Assembly (NCBI RefSeq): GCF_003018255.1 | Contig: NZ_CP027440.1 | Direction: 5' to 3' (one strand) | Source: Escherichia coli | Lineage (GTDB): Bacteria; Pseudomonadota; Gammaproteobacteria; Enterobacterales; Enterobacteriaceae | Length of the DNA stretch: 64,000 bases | Made by a program: the position numbers and the translations under genes | Part shown: piece after piece, positions 35,887-47,615 of the stretch | How the letters are laid out: every line of letters starts with the position of its first letter | How positions within the stretch are numbered: position 1 is the stretch's first letter | The notes under the pieces: model-generated | The model's database searches: none | Told to the model about the DNA's origin: nothing | The model's input: the letters and a program-made list of their open reading frames with translations, nothing else

Positions 35887-36551
35887 CCTTCGCCATGTTG
35901 CGTCACCAGTAAATCCGCGCTGAGTTTATGGCGTAAACGACGAATTAACACATCGACGGTGCGCAAGTCAGGGTTTTCCACCCGACGCGCAGAGAGCATA
36001 CGCAGCAGACGTTCACGGCTAAGAATTTCGCCCGGATTCGTCACAAATGCCACCAACATTTCATACTCTGCGCGGGTCAGTTTAATCGGCTCGCCATCCC
36101 GCTCCAGCGTATGGCGCGACACATTCAGGCAATAACCGGCAAAGCGATAGCAGTTGTCCTGTGTGTGCGGTTGAGCTTGTCGCGCGAGGTCGATTCGCCA
36201 GAGCAGATTTTTCACCCGTACTACCAGTTCGCGCAGTTCCAGCGGTTTGGTGACGTAATCGTCTGCGCCCATTTCCAGCCCAACAATACGGTCAATCCGA
36301 TCGCTGCGTCCCGTAACCAGAATAATCCCCACCGTTGAGCGTTCTCGCAGGGCGCGGGTTAACATCAGGCCATTTTCATCGGGCAAATTAATATCCAGCA
36401 GAATTAAATCCACCGGCTGATTCTGCATAATTTCCCGCAGCCCGGCACCGCTCGCCGTAACGGAAACGGTATACCCCTCCTGAGTGAAGTAGGATTGTAA
36501 TCGCGCCTGGGTAACCGGCTCATCTTCAACAATAACAATGTGATGTGGCAT
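35859..36551 (-). CDS. torR: TMAO response regulator (OmpR family)
   Basis: 230 aa MPHHIVIVEDEPVTQARLQSYFTQEGY...; receiver plus winged-helix. Confidence 0.9.
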   Translation of the reverse strand: MPHHIVIVEDEPVTQARLQSYFTQEGYTVSVTASGAGLREIMQNQPVDLILLDINLPDENGLMLTRALRERSTVGIILVTGRSDRIDRIVGLEMGADDYVTKPLELRELVVRVKNLLWRIDLARQAQPHTQDNCYRFAGYCLNVSRHTLERDGEPIKLTRAEYEMLVAFVTNPGEILSRERLLRMLSARRVENPDLRTVDVLIRRLRHKLSADLLVTQHGEGYFLAADVC

Positions 36552-36569
36552 CAGAGGGTTTTACTCATT

Positions 36570-36632
36570 CTGTTCATATCTGTTCATATTCTGCCGTAAG
36601 CCGTTCATCCTGACCAGTGCCGCTGTTCATAT
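36570..36632. promoter_or_regulatory. tor boxes (TorR binding decamers) in torR-torC intergenic
   Basis: CTGTTCATAT at 36570..36579, 36580..36589 and 36623..36632, plus CCGTTCATCC at 36601..36610. Confidence 0.8.
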
Positions 36633-36680
36633 TTACTCATTAAGATCGCTTCACTAAACCATAATTTTACAGGGGCTATT

Positions 36681-37853
36681 ATGCGGAAACTCTGGAACGC
36701 GCTACGCCGACCCAGTGCTCGTTGGTCGGTACTGGCGCTGGTCGCTATTGGGATTGTGATTGGCATTGCGCTGATTGTATTGCCACACGTTGGGATCAAA
36801 GTCACCAGCACAACCGAATTTTGTGTCAGTTGCCACAGTATGCAACCGGTGTATGAAGAATATAAACAGTCGGTGCACTTCCAGAACGCCTCCGGCGTGC
36901 GAGCTGAATGCCATGACTGTCATATCCCGCCGGATATTCCAGGCATGGTGAAGCGCAAACTGGAAGCGAGCAACGACATTTACCAGACCTTTATTGCCCA
37001 CTCCATTGATACACCTGAAAAATTCGAAGCCAAACGCGCGGAACTTGCCGAGCGTGAATGGGCGCGAATGAAAGAAAACAACTCGGCAACCTGTCGCTCC
37101 TGCCATAACTACGATGCGATGGATCATGCCAAGCAGCATCCTGAAGCGGCGCGTCAGATGAAGGTGGCAGCGAAAGATAATCAATCCTGCATCGACTGTC
37201 ATAAAGGTATTGCCCACCAGTTACCGGATATGAGTAGTGGCTTCCGTAAGCAGTTCGATGAGCTGCGCGCCAGTGCTAATGATAGTGGTGACACGCTGTA
37301 CTCCATTGATATTAAGCCGATTTATGCGGCGAAAGGCGATAAAGAAGCGTCTGGTTCTCTGCTGCCTGCTTCGGAAGTGAAAGTCCTTAAACGTGACGGC
37401 GACTGGCTGCAAATTGAAATCACTGGTTGGACGGAAAGTGCAGGACGTCAGCGTGTACTCACCCAATTCCCAGGTAAACGCATCTTTGTTGCCTCGATTC
37501 GTGGTGATGTGCAGCAGCAGGTGAAAACGCTGGAGAAAACCACCGTTGCCGACACCAATACCGAGTGGAGCAAGTTGCAGGCTACTGCGTGGATGAAGAA
37601 AGGCGACATGGTGAACGATATCAAACCGATCTGGGCTTATGCGGATTCGCTGTACAACGGCACCTGTAACCAGTGCCACGGCGCACCGGAAATCGCTCAC
37701 TTTGACGCTAACGGTTGGATCGGCACGCTCAACGGCATGATTGGCTTTACCAGCCTCGATAAACGTGAAGAACGCACCTTGTTGAAATATCTGCAAATGA
37801 ATGCGTCTGACACCGCAGGTAAGGCTCACGGCGATAAGAAGGAAGAAAAATAA
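36681..37853 (+). CDS. torC: Pentahaem c-type cytochrome TorC
   Basis: 390 aa; CxxCH haem-binding motifs (CVSCH, CHDCH, CRSCH, CIDCH, CNQCH). Confidence 0.9.
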   Translation: MRKLWNALRRPSARWSVLALVAIGIVIGIALIVLPHVGIKVTSTTEFCVSCHSMQPVYEEYKQSVHFQNASGVRAECHDCHIPPDIPGMVKRKLEASNDIYQTFIAHSIDTPEKFEAKRAELAEREWARMKENNSATCRSCHNYDAMDHAKQHPEAARQMKVAAKDNQSCIDCHKGIAHQLPDMSSGFRKQFDELRASANDSGDTLYSIDIKPIYAAKGDKEASGSLLPASEVKVLKRDGDWLQIEITGWTESAGRQRVLTQFPGKRIFVASIRGDVQQQVKTLEKTTVADTNTEWSKLQATAWMKKGDMVNDIKPIWAYADSLYNGTCNQCHGAPEIAHFDANGWIGTLNGMIGFTSLDKREERTLLKYLQMNASDTAGKAHGDKKEEK

Positions 37854-40399
37854 TGAACAATAACGATCTCTTTCAGGCATCACGTCGGCGTTTTCTGGCA
37901 CAACTCGGCGGCTTAACCGTCGCCGGGATGCTGGGGCCGTCATTGTTAACGCCGCGCCGTGCAACTGCGGCGCAAGCGGCGACTGAGGCTGTCATCTCGA
38001 AAGAGGGCATTCTTACCGGGTCGCACTGGGGGGCTATCCGCGCGACGGTGAAGGAGGGTCGCTTCGTGGCAGCAAAACCGTTCGAACTGGATAAATATCC
38101 GTCGAAAATGATCGCCGGATTGCCGGATCATGTACACAACGCGGCGCGTATTCGTTATCCGATGGTACGCGTGGACTGGCTACGTAAGCGCCATCTGAGC
38201 GACACCTCCCAGCGCGGTGATAACCGTTTTGTGCGCGTGAGCTGGGATGAAGCCCTCGACATGTTCTATGAAGAACTGGAACGCGTACAGAAAACTCACG
38301 GGCCGAGTGCCTTGCTGACCGCCAGTGGTTGGCAATCGACGGGGATGTTCCATAACGCTTCGGGGATGCTGGCGAAAGCGATTGCCTTGCATGGTAATAG
38401 CGTTGGTACAGGCGGAGATTACTCTACCGGGGCTGCGCAGGTGATCCTGCCGCGCGTAGTCGGTTCGATGGAAGTGTATGAACAGCAAACCTCCTGGCCG
38501 CTGGTATTGCAGAACAGCAAAACCATTGTGCTGTGGGGCTCCGATTTGCTGAAAAACCAGCAAGCGAACTGGTGGTGCCCGGATCACGATGTTTATGAAT
38601 ATTACGAGCAGCTAAAAGCGAAAGTCGCCGCCGGTGAAATTGAGGTCATCAGCATCGATCCGGTTGTCACATCCACCCATGAGTATCTGGGGGGCGAGCA
38701 TGTGAAGCACATTGCGGTTAACCCGCAAACTGACGTGCCGCTGCAACTGGCTCTGGCGCATACGCTGTACAGTGAAAACCTGTACGACAAAAACTTCCTC
38801 GCTAACTACTGTGTAGGTTTTGAGCAGTTCCTGCCGTATCTGCTGGGTGAGAAAGACGGTCAGCCGAAAGATGCCGCATGGGCTGAAAAACTGACAGGTA
38901 TTAATGCCGAAACCATTCGTGGGCTGGCGCGGCAGATGGCGGCGAACAGAACGCAGATTATTGCTGGCTGGTGCGTGCAGCGTATGCAGCACGGTGAACA
39001 GTGGACGTGGATGATTGTCGTTCTGGCGGCGATGTTGGGGCAAATTGGCCTGCCAGGTGGAGGTTTTGGTTTTGGCTGGCACTATAACGGCGCAGGCACG
39101 CCGGGGCGTAAAGGCGTTATTCTGAGTGGTTTCTCCGGCTCTACGTCGATTCCGCCTGTTCACGACAACAGCGACTACAAAGGCTACAGCAGCACCATTC
39201 CGATTGCCCGTTTTATCGATGCGATCCTCGAACCGGGGAAAGTGATCAACTGGAACGGTAAATCGGTAAAACTACCGCCGCTGAAAATGTGTATTTTTGC
39301 CGGAACTAACCCGTTCCATCGCCATCAGCAGATCAACCGCATTATTGAAGGCTGGCGCAAGCTGGAAACGGTTATCGCCATAGATAACCAGTGGACCTCA
39401 ACCTGCCGCTTTGCCGATATCGTGCTGCCTGCGACCACGCAGTTTGAGCGTAACGATCTCGACCAGTACGGCAACCACTCCAATCGTGGCATTATCGCCA
39501 TGAAACAGGTCGTGCCGCCGCAGTTCGAGGCGCGCAACGACTTCGATATTTTCCGCGAGCTGTGCCGTCGCTTTAATCGCGAAGAAGCCTTTACCGAAGG
39601 GCTGGACGAAATGGGCTGGCTGAAACGCATCTGGCAGGAAGGTGTACAACAGGGCAAAGGACGCGGCGTTCATCTGCCAGCGTTTGATGACTTCTGGAAT
39701 AATAAAGAGTACGTCGAGTTTGACCATCCGCAGATGTTTGTTCGCCACCAGGCATTCCGCGAAGATCCGGATCTCGAACCGCTGGGCACGCCGAGTGGCC
39801 TGATTGAGATCTACTCGAAAACCATCGCTGATATGAACTACGACGATTGTCAGGGGCATCCGATGTGGTTTGAGAAAATCGAACGCTCCCACGGTGGGCC
39901 CGGCTCGCAGAAGTATCCGTTGCATCTGCAATCTGTGCATCCGGATTTCCGACTTCACTCGCAGTTATGTGAGTCGGAAACGCTGCGTCAGCAATATACG
40001 GTAGCGGGCAAAGAGCCAGTGTTCATTAACCCGCAGGATGCCAGCGCGCGCGGTATTCGTAACGGTGATGTGGTACGCGTGTTTAACGCTCGCGGTCAGG
40101 TGTTGGCAGGGGCAGTGGTTTCTGACCGCTATGCACCCGGCGTGGCGCGAATTCATGAAGGGGCATGGTACGATCCAGATAAAGGCGGCGAGCCTGGTGC
40201 GCTGTGCAAATACGGTAACCCCAACGTGTTGACCATCGACATCGGTACTTCGCAGTTGGCGCAGGCGACCAGTGCGCATACCACGCTGGTGGAAATTGAG
40301 AAGTACAACGGAACAGTGGAGCAGGTGACGGCGTTTAACGGCCCTGTTGAGATGGTGGCGCAGTGCGAATATGTTCCCGCGTCGCAGGTGAAATCATGA
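37853..40399 (+). CDS. torA: TMAO reductase catalytic subunit (molybdoenzyme)
   Basis: 848 aa; Tat signal [19 protein letters not shown]. Confidence 0.95.
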   Translation: MNNNDLFQASRRRFLAQLGGLTVAGMLGPSLLTPRRATAAQAATEAVISKEGILTGSHWGAIRATVKEGRFVAAKPFELDKYPSKMIAGLPDHVHNAARIRYPMVRVDWLRKRHLSDTSQRGDNRFVRVSWDEALDMFYEELERVQKTHGPSALLTASGWQSTGMFHNASGMLAKAIALHGNSVGTGGDYSTGAAQVILPRVVGSMEVYEQQTSWPLVLQNSKTIVLWGSDLLKNQQANWWCPDHDVYEYYEQLKAKVAAGEIEVISIDPVVTSTHEYLGGEHVKHIAVNPQTDVPLQLALAHTLYSENLYDKNFLANYCVGFEQFLPYLLGEKDGQPKDAAWAEKLTGINAETIRGLARQMAANRTQIIAGWCVQRMQHGEQWTWMIVVLAAMLGQIGLPGGGFGFGWHYNGAGTPGRKGVILSGFSGSTSIPPVHDNSDYKGYSSTIPIARFIDAILEPGKVINWNGKSVKLPPLKMCIFAGTNPFHRHQQINRIIEGWRKLETVIAIDNQWTSTCRFADIVLPATTQFERNDLDQYGNHSNRGIIAMKQVVPPQFEARNDFDIFRELCRRFNREEAFTEGLDEMGWLKRIWQEGVQQGKGRGVHLPAFDDFWNNKEYVEFDHPQMFVRHQAFREDPDLEPLGTPSGLIEIYSKTIADMNYDDCQGHPMWFEKIERSHGGPGSQKYPLHLQSVHPDFRLHSQLCESETLRQQYTVAGKEPVFINPQDASARGIRNGDVVRVFNARGQVLAGAVVSDRYAPGVARIHEGAWYDPDKGGEPGALCKYGNPNVLTIDIGTSQLAQATSAHTTLVEIEKYNGTVEQVTAFNGPVEMVAQCEYVPASQVKS

Positions 40400-40995
40400 C
40401 CACGCTGACAGCACAACAGATTGCCTGTGTTTACGCCTGGCTGGCGCAGTTGTTCTCCCGTGAACTGGACGATGAACAACTGACGCAAATCGCCAGTGCG
40501 CAGATGGCTGAATGGTTTTCGTTGCTGAAAAGCGAACCGCCGCTCACTGCGGCGGTGAATGAGCTGGAAAACCGTATTGCCACTCAGACAGTACGTGACG
40601 ATGCTCGTCTGGAACTGGCCGCTGACTTTTGCGGCCTGTTTTTGATGACCGACAAACAAGCTGCGCTGCCGTATGCATCGGCCTACAAACAGGACGAGCA
40701 AGAGATTAAACGCTTGTTAGTTGAGGCAGGGATGGAAACCAGCGGCAATTTCAACGAACCGGCAGACCATCTGGCGATCTATCTCGAGTTGTTGAGTCAT
40801 CTGCATTTTTCGCTGGGAGAGGGGACCGTTCCTGCGCGAAGAATCGACAATCTGCGGCAAAAAACACTGACGGCGCTGCGACAATGGTTACCAGAGTTTG
40901 CTGCGCGTTGCCATCAGTACGACAGTTTCGGTTTTTACGCGGCACTAAGCCAGTTATTGCTGGTGTTAGTGGAATGCGACCACCAAAACAGATAA
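40396..40995 (+). CDS. torD: TorA-specific chaperone
   Basis: ATG 40396 overlapping torA stop; [23 protein letters not shown]..., 199 aa. Confidence 0.9.
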   Translation: MTTLTAQQIACVYAWLAQLFSRELDDEQLTQIASAQMAEWFSLLKSEPPLTAAVNELENRIATQTVRDDARLELAADFCGLFLMTDKQAALPYASAYKQDEQEIKRLLVEAGMETSGNFNEPADHLAIYLELLSHLHFSLGEGTVPARRIDNLRQKTLTALRQWLPEFAARCHQYDSFGFYAALSQLLLVLVECDHQNR

Positions 40996-41007
40996 CGTCG
41001 TTTGTTG

Positions 41008-41242
41008 GCCTGATAAGACGCGTTTAGCGTCGCATCAGGCATTAGTGCGCAGTTGCCGGATGCGGCGAGAACGCCTTATCCGGCCTACGGGAACAGTGCT
41101 TTTTGTGGGCCTGATAAGATGCGTTAAGCGTCGCATCAGGCATTATGGCGCAGTTGCCGGATGCGGCGAGAACGCCTTATCCGGCCTACGGGAACAGTGC
41201 TTTTTGTGGGCCTGATAAGACGCGTTAAGCGTCGCATCAGGC
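41008..41242. repeat. BIME cluster: alternating REP palindromes in three ~100-bp tandem units
   Basis: gcctgataagacgcg..cgtcgcatcaggc units at about 41008, 41110, 41210 alternating with gccggatgcggcgagaacgccttatccggcctac units at about 41057 and 41157. Confidence 0.8.
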
Positions 41243-41249
41243 AACAAAC

Positions 41250-41555
41250 TCACGGGTGAGCCACAAACCGGGAAAGCCGCTGGCGCAGCAGGCGGTTTTC
41301 CTGCTTCAGGTGCGCAATATCATCCATTAACGTCAGCGCCACCGCGATCCCCGGCCAGTCCAGAGCCAGTTCATGACGCAGGCGTACCGCGCGTTGCACC
41401 ACAATGGCGGCATGGTCGTCAAATACCCAGGTTGTCTCCTGGATCTCCCGCGGTTCAACCACCCCCAAACCGACAATTTCATTCAACTCCTCTTCAGAGA
41501 TGCCGGTATGCAGGCAAAATTCGGTAATAGTAAAAGTCACCGTAACATTAGCCAT
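41250..41555 (-). CDS. cbpM: CbpA modulator
   Basis: [35 protein letters not shown]..., 101 aa. Confidence 0.85.
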
Positions 41556-42475
41556 TATGCTTTCCCCCAATCTTTACGTGGATCAAAAGACGACTGGGCG
41601 TCTGCCAGTTGCTGCCACAGCGCGGCAGTGTTTTCATCCGGTTTCGGCGGCATCACGATTTTCAGTACCGCATACAGATCGCCGGTCTGTTTTTTGCTCA
41701 CCAGACCTTTGCCTTTAACGCGCAATCGTTGCCCGGCCTGGCTGCCAGGCGGGATAGTCAGCAAAATGCTTTCTTTCAGTGTTGGAACGGTGACTTTAGT
41801 ACCCAGCGCCGCTTCCCACGGGCTAACCGGCACCACTATTTCCAGATCCTGGCCGACAATATCAAACAGCGGATGTGGCGCAATGTGAATCACCAGCCAC
41901 AGGTCGCCATTTGGACCGCCGTTTTCGCCCGGCGTCCCCTGGCCTTTCAGGCGGATGCGTTGACCATTGCCGACGCCCGCCGGGATCTTCACATTCAGCG
42001 TTTTCGGGATTTCCTGTTCGATCATGCCAAAGGCGTTATAAACCGGCAGGTTATAGCTGATGGTACGCTTATGCTCAGTAAGCGTTTCTTCGAGGAAAAC
42101 CGCCACTTCGATTTCAATATCGTGGCCGCGTGTGGCGGGGCGTTGACGGCTCTGGCGGGCATGCTGACCGAAAATTGACGAGAAGATATCGTCAAAATCT
42201 TCGGCGTTAAAACTCTGACCGTCGCCATGATGGAACTGACGGTTAAATTGCGGATCGTTGCGATGTTGCCACATCTGATCATACTCAGCGCGACGTTGTT
42301 CATCACTTAACACTTCCCAGGCTTCGGCGACCTCTTTGAAGCGGGCTTCGGCATCCGGTTCTTTGCTGACATCAGGATGGTATTTGCGGGCCAGTCGACG
42401 ATAGGCGGTCTTGATTGTCTTGAGATCGTCCGTCGGTTTCACGCCCATGATGGCGTAATAATCCTTTAATTCCAT
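41555..42475 (-). CDS. cbpA: Curved-DNA-binding protein (DnaJ homologue)
   Basis: 306 aa [35 protein letters not shown]... J-domain with HPD. Confidence 0.9.
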
Positions 42476-43009
42476 AGCGTTATCTCGCGTAAATCAACAC
42501 AAATTGAAGGAACCCCTGTAAGGTAACTCCTATAAGTGTAGGGTAATCCTCAAAATTTCATATGCCAACACAGAATATGTTATTGAAATCATCGCGGAGG
42601 GGAGGTCGCCTCAAGGTGGGAGGAACATATTTTATTTACCTCCCTCCTGAACTTTTGGCTCATGCTTACAAGTTAAACAATAAGGAAAGGAATGCACAAC
42701 TCGACTATTTAAATCGTTATGCAATTTAATGATAAAGACATGTGCTAAAAACCATTTCTATTAGTCTCACATTCTTTTTTTATTGGTAATGGTAACGCCG
42801 CTGATTTTCTTTATAGCTACTGATGTAATCATTAGCGGCGTAAACGAGGCCGGGGCTAATCAGGCATAGTTTGCGTCAAAACTTGCCTGTTTTTAAAGGA
42901 GAATATAGAAAAACAGGCGTTCAACGAGCCATTTTGCGAACCTGTTCCCGGAAAAATGACATATTTCTGTCACACTCTTTAATTATTGATAACAAAAGAG
43001 GTGTGAGGA

Positions 43010-44251
43010 ATGAACAAAACGCTAATCGCCGCAACTGTGGCAGGGATAGTTTTACTCGCTTCAAATGCTCAGGCACAAACCGTACCGGAAGGCTATCAGC
43101 TACAGCAAGTCCTTATGATGAGCCGTCATAACTTACGTGCGCCGCTGGCGAACAATGGCAGTGTGCTGGAGCAGTCGACGCCGAATAAATGGCCTGAATG
43201 GGACGTCCCCGGTGGGCAGCTCACCACTAAAGGGGGCGTGCTCGAAGTGTATATGGGCCATTATATGCGTGAATGGCTGGCAGAACAGGGGATGGTGAAA
43301 TCAGGGGAATGCCCGCCACCGGACACCGTTTATGCCTATGCCAATAGTCTGCAACGCACCGTCGCGACCGCGCAGTTCTTTATTACTGGCGCATTCCCTG
43401 GGTGTGATATTCCTGTTCATCACCAGGAAAAAATGGGCACTATGGACCCCACCTTTAACCCAGTGATCACCGATGATTCCGCCGCATTCAGTGAACAGGC
43501 GGTGGCGGCAATGGAGAAAGAGCTCAGCAAACTCCAGCTTACCGACAGCTACCAGCTACTGGAAAAAATCGTTAACTATAAAGATTCCCCTGCCTGTAAA
43601 GAGAAACAACAATGTTCGCTGGTGGATGGCAAAAATACCTTTAGCGCGAAGTATCAACAAGAACCAGGTGTTTCCGGGCCGCTGAAAGTCGGCAACTCGC
43701 TGGTAGATGCGTTTACTTTGCAATACTACGAAGGTTTTCCGATGGATCAGGTGGCCTGGGGAGAAATCAAATCTGACCAGCAGTGGAGGGTGTTGTCGAA
43801 GCTGAAAAACGGTTACCAGGACAGCCTGTTTACCTCACCGGAAGTGGCGCGCAATGTTGCGAAACCGCTGGTCAGTTATATCGACAAAGCCCTGGTCACC
43901 GATCGCACCAGCGCTCCAAAAATCACGGTGTTAGTTGGGCATGACTCCAACATTGCCTCTCTGTTAACGGCGCTGGATTTCAAACCGTATCAGTTGCATG
44001 ACCAGAACGAACGCACGCCGATTGGCGGCAAAATCGTTTTCCAGCGTTGGCATGACAGCAAAGCCAATCGCGATTTGATGAAAATTGAATATGTTTATCA
44101 GAGTGCGGAACAGTTACGTAATGCCGATGCGTTAACCCTTCAGGCACCTGCGCAGCGCGTTACGCTGGAATTAAGCGGTTGCCCGATAGATGCCAACGGT
44201 TTCTGTCCGATGGATAAGTTTGATAGCGTGTTGAATGAAGCGGTGAAATAA
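43010..44251 (+). CDS. agp: Periplasmic glucose-1-phosphatase
   Basis: 413 aa; signal peptide then RHNLRAP histidine acid phosphatase motif. Confidence 0.9.
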   Translation: MNKTLIAATVAGIVLLASNAQAQTVPEGYQLQQVLMMSRHNLRAPLANNGSVLEQSTPNKWPEWDVPGGQLTTKGGVLEVYMGHYMREWLAEQGMVKSGECPPPDTVYAYANSLQRTVATAQFFITGAFPGCDIPVHHQEKMGTMDPTFNPVITDDSAAFSEQAVAAMEKELSKLQLTDSYQLLEKIVNYKDSPACKEKQQCSLVDGKNTFSAKYQQEPGVSGPLKVGNSLVDAFTLQYYEGFPMDQVAWGEIKSDQQWRVLSKLKNGYQDSLFTSPEVARNVAKPLVSYIDKALVTDRTSAPKITVLVGHDSNIASLLTALDFKPYQLHDQNERTPIGGKIVFQRWHDSKANRDLMKIEYVYQSAEQLRNADALTLQAPAQRVTLELSGCPIDANGFCPMDKFDSVLNEAVK

Positions 44252-44257
44252 CAGAAA

Positions 44258-44282
44258 ACTCCCCCGTTCGCTACGGGGGAGT
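44258..44282. terminator. Hairpin between convergent agp and yccJ
   Basis: actcccccg-ttcgcta-cgggggagt. Confidence 0.5.
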
Positions 44283-44288
44283 CGCTGG

Positions 44289-44516
44289 TTAAACGTTTTT
44301 ACGTTCGATGGTCTGTTCGCCCCAAAAAAGCGAATCTTTATCGGTCTTAGCAAAGGCTTTGACTAACACTTCATCGCTACCTTCTTCCCAAATCTTTTCT
44401 GCCATTTTTTCGTCGTACCCGGCGACTTCGAAAATGGCCTCGGCTATTTCCGGCGACGTATTGCGCAGAGATGCCCATTCACCGACGTGATGAGCTTTCG
44501 CTTCTTGAGTTGGCAT
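44289..44516 (-). CDS. yccJ: YccJ small protein
   Basis: 75 aa [37 protein letters not shown]...; immediately upstream of wrbA. Confidence 0.8.
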
Positions 44517-44536
44517 GCGTATCCTCCTGTTGAAGA

Positions 44537-45151
<615 letters not shown>

Positions 45152-45505
45152 TTATCTCTATTCCGTAGCGATTCGCTACCACTTATTTAAAGATAAGACG
45201 TCCTTTTCAGAGTGCAAATTTCACAACCACTTATTTGATTTATAACAACTTTCACAAGCACGTAATTTTGTCGCAAAATGACACATTTTTATCTCATCGC
45301 GTTTTTTTAATCATAAGAGCGGCTTATGGATAATTATTGGAGATGGTATCTATTCTCGCTAAGAAGCTGTTGCAGGATATTACCAAACGCGGGTCTGCCC
45401 ACGTCAGTTCACTAAGCTTAGTCCCACGTAGCGAAAATATGGCAGCCGCCATACGCCGCGTTAATTCTATGCAATATGATGTCTATACCCAGACGGAGGT
45501 CAGTA

Positions 45506-45679
45506 ATGGCAAACCATCGAGGCGGTTCCGGCAATTTTGCAGAAGACCGCGAAAGAGCATCAGAAGCAGGTAAAAAAGGTGGACAGCACAGCGGGGGTAA
45601 TTTCAAAAATGACCCGCAGCGCGCATCTGAAGCAGGTAAAAAAGGTGGCAAGAGCAGTCACGGTAAAAGCGACAACTAG
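45506..45679 (+). CDS. ymdF: Stress-induced KGG-repeat protein YmdF (57 aa)
   Basis: ATG 45506 with GGAGG 6-10 nt upstream; MANHRGGSGNFAEDRERASEAGKKGGQHSGGNFKNDPQRASEAGKKGGKSSHGKSDN; below ORF-track cut-off as ATG-initiated frame. Confidence 0.75.
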   Translation: MANHRGGSGNFAEDRERASEAGKKGGQHSGGNFKNDPQRASEAGKKGGKSSHGKSDN

Positions 45680-45733
45680 CCGGGCTAATCAATGACGCAT
45701 GCATTTTTGTCTGTAGCTCGTCAAAACGCCATC

Positions 45734-45763
45734 ACCGCCGGTTACCCCGGCGGTTTTCTGTTT
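45734..45763 (+). terminator. Rho-independent terminator after ymdF (overlaps rutG 3' end)
   Basis: accgccgg-ttacc-ccggcggt followed by tttctgttt. Confidence 0.55.
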
Positions 45764-47090
45764 ATGGCTCCTGATGAACAACTTCTGGCGGTGGAACGTC
45801 AACCAACCTTCTGCTTAACAACGCATTGAGTAAAATCGCGCCAAAGGTGGCTGTACCGATCCCTCCCAACGTAAAACCGCCCAGTGTGAGAGCAAAATCA
45901 CCCGCACCCAGCACTAAGGTTACTGCGACCATAATCAAATTACCGTTCTGGCTTAAATCCACACTGTTTTGTACCCAGATCCGTGCGCCTGCGACGGCAA
46001 TCAGCCCGAACACAACAATTGATGCACCACCAATCACCGCGGCCGGAATAGTATGGATCAGCGCGCCAAATTTCGGCGAAAAGCCCAACAGCATGGCGAT
46101 GACGGCAGCGGCAACAAACACCAGCGTCGAGTAGACTTTTGTCACGGCCATCACACCAATATTCTCGGCGTAGGTGGTTACGCCGCTACCGCCGACAGAG
46201 CCAGAAAGCATCGTCGCCAGCCCATCGCCTACGAATGCCCGCCCCATATACGGGTCCATATTGCGTCCGGTCATCCCGGCGACCGCCTTGAGATGACCTA
46301 AGTTTTCCGCCACCAGAATCACCGCCACGGGCGCAATCAGCATCATTGCCTGACCATTAAAAGCAGGAGTGGAAAAATGTGGCAGACCGAACCAGGCAGC
46401 ATGGCTGACGAGAGTAAAATCGACGGCTTTTCCCAGCCCTAAAACGTTGGTCATCACGCCATACAGCAGACAGGCGACAATTAATCCTACGAGAATCAAT
46501 AATCGCTGGATCATGCCACGGGTAAATACGGCCACCAGCCCAATACACAGCACCGTCATTACCGCCATCCAGCTATCAAAGGCCGAAGCCGATACATTTT
46601 TCACTGCGATAGGCGCTAAGTTCAGGCCAATCGCCATCACTACCGCACCTGTCACAACCGGTGGCATTAGTCGTTCAATCCAGCGCGTACCGATTTTCAT
46701 CACCACCAGGCCAATGACGGTATAAACCAGCCCACAGGCGATAATCCCGCCCAGCGCGATGCTGATATTCGGATTAATTCCCTGACCATTAAAGCCCGTC
46801 GCGGCAATCACCACGCCGACAAAAGCCGCGCTGGAACCGAGATAACTGGGCACGTGCCCGCCGGTAATAAAGAAAAACAGTAACGTGCCGATCCCCGACA
46901 TTAAAATGGAAAGATTGGGATCCAGCCCCATCAGAATTGGCATTAACACCGTCGCGCCAAACATCGCCACCGCGTGTTGAACGCCCATTACTGCCGTTTG
47001 AGCAAACGGCAATCGTTCATCCGGCGCGACCACGCCGCTCTCTGTAGAGGTCGATTTTAACTGCCAGTGAGGAAAACCGAACATTGCCAT
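45762..47090 (-). CDS. rutG: Pyrimidine permease (NCS2 family)
   Basis: Track ORF 480 aa; start at ATG comp(47088..47090) MAMFGFPHWQLKSTSTESGV... giving 442 aa. Confidence 0.9.
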   Translation of the reverse strand: MAMFGFPHWQLKSTSTESGVVAPDERLPFAQTAVMGVQHAVAMFGATVLMPILMGLDPNLSILMSGIGTLLFFFITGGHVPSYLGSSAAFVGVVIAATGFNGQGINPNISIALGGIIACGLVYTVIGLVVMKIGTRWIERLMPPVVTGAVVMAIGLNLAPIAVKNVSASAFDSWMAVMTVLCIGLVAVFTRGMIQRLLILVGLIVACLLYGVMTNVLGLGKAVDFTLVSHAAWFGLPHFSTPAFNGQAMMLIAPVAVILVAENLGHLKAVAGMTGRNMDPYMGRAFVGDGLATMLSGSVGGSGVTTYAENIGVMAVTKVYSTLVFVAAAVIAMLLGFSPKFGALIHTIPAAVIGGASIVVFGLIAVAGARIWVQNSVDLSQNGNLIMVAVTLVLGAGDFALTLGGFTLGGIGTATFGAILLNALLSRRLVDVPPPEVVHQEP

Positions 47091-47110
47091 CAGCTGTCTC
47101 CTTAAGGAGG

Positions 47111-47605
47111 TTAACAAGCAGGGCGCATCAGCGCGTGATAACTGCGATCGAACCACACCAGCCCGTAGGGTGTGGCGTGACGATGAATCGCTTCGATGGC
47201 GCAAAACAAAATGTCGTGGGTGCCGACGCTCACCACCTGGCTGATACGGCAGTCAAACGAAACCAGTGCCTCTTCCAGTTGCGGGCATCCGGTCACACCA
47301 GTCTGCCAGCGGGCGGCGGCAAAGCGGTGTTCCATGGGCGTTTTGCCGCCAAAAAGGTTTGAAAGCGGCTCCTGCCCGGCGCTAAGTGTATTTACACACA
47401 GCGTTCGATTTTCATTGAATACCGGCCAGACGGACGCCCCACGATTCAGGCACACCAGTAATGTGGGCGGCGTGTCAGTCACGCTGCAGACGGCGCTGGC
47501 GGTGAACCCGGCGCGCCCGGCTGGACCGTCCGTAGTGATGATATTGACCGCCGCGCCCATACAGGACATCGCATCGCGAAAGGTTTGTTGATCGACAATG
47601 TTCAT
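47111..47605 (-). CDS. rutF: Flavin reductase RutF
   Basis: [30 protein letters not shown]..., 164 aa. Confidence 0.85.
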
Positions 47606-47615
47606 TGTTTGCTCC

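Noticed and set aside
41000..41250. CRISPR-like array suggested by the roughly 100-bp periodic repeats
   Set aside because: The units are REP palindromes (BIME), contiguous with no unique spacers of CRISPR size, and no cas genes are nearby.
42871..43131. 86-aa ORF overlapping the agp start in another frame
   Set aside because: Overlaps the agp ribosome-binding site and signal-peptide region; agp is strongly supported, so this is a frame artefact.
45337..45573. 78-aa ORF upstream of and overlapping the ymdF start
   Set aside because: No recognisable domain, basic low-complexity C-terminus, poor SD spacing. It overlaps the better-supported ymdF start and its GGAGG site, and most likely reflects the wrbA/ymdF promoter region.
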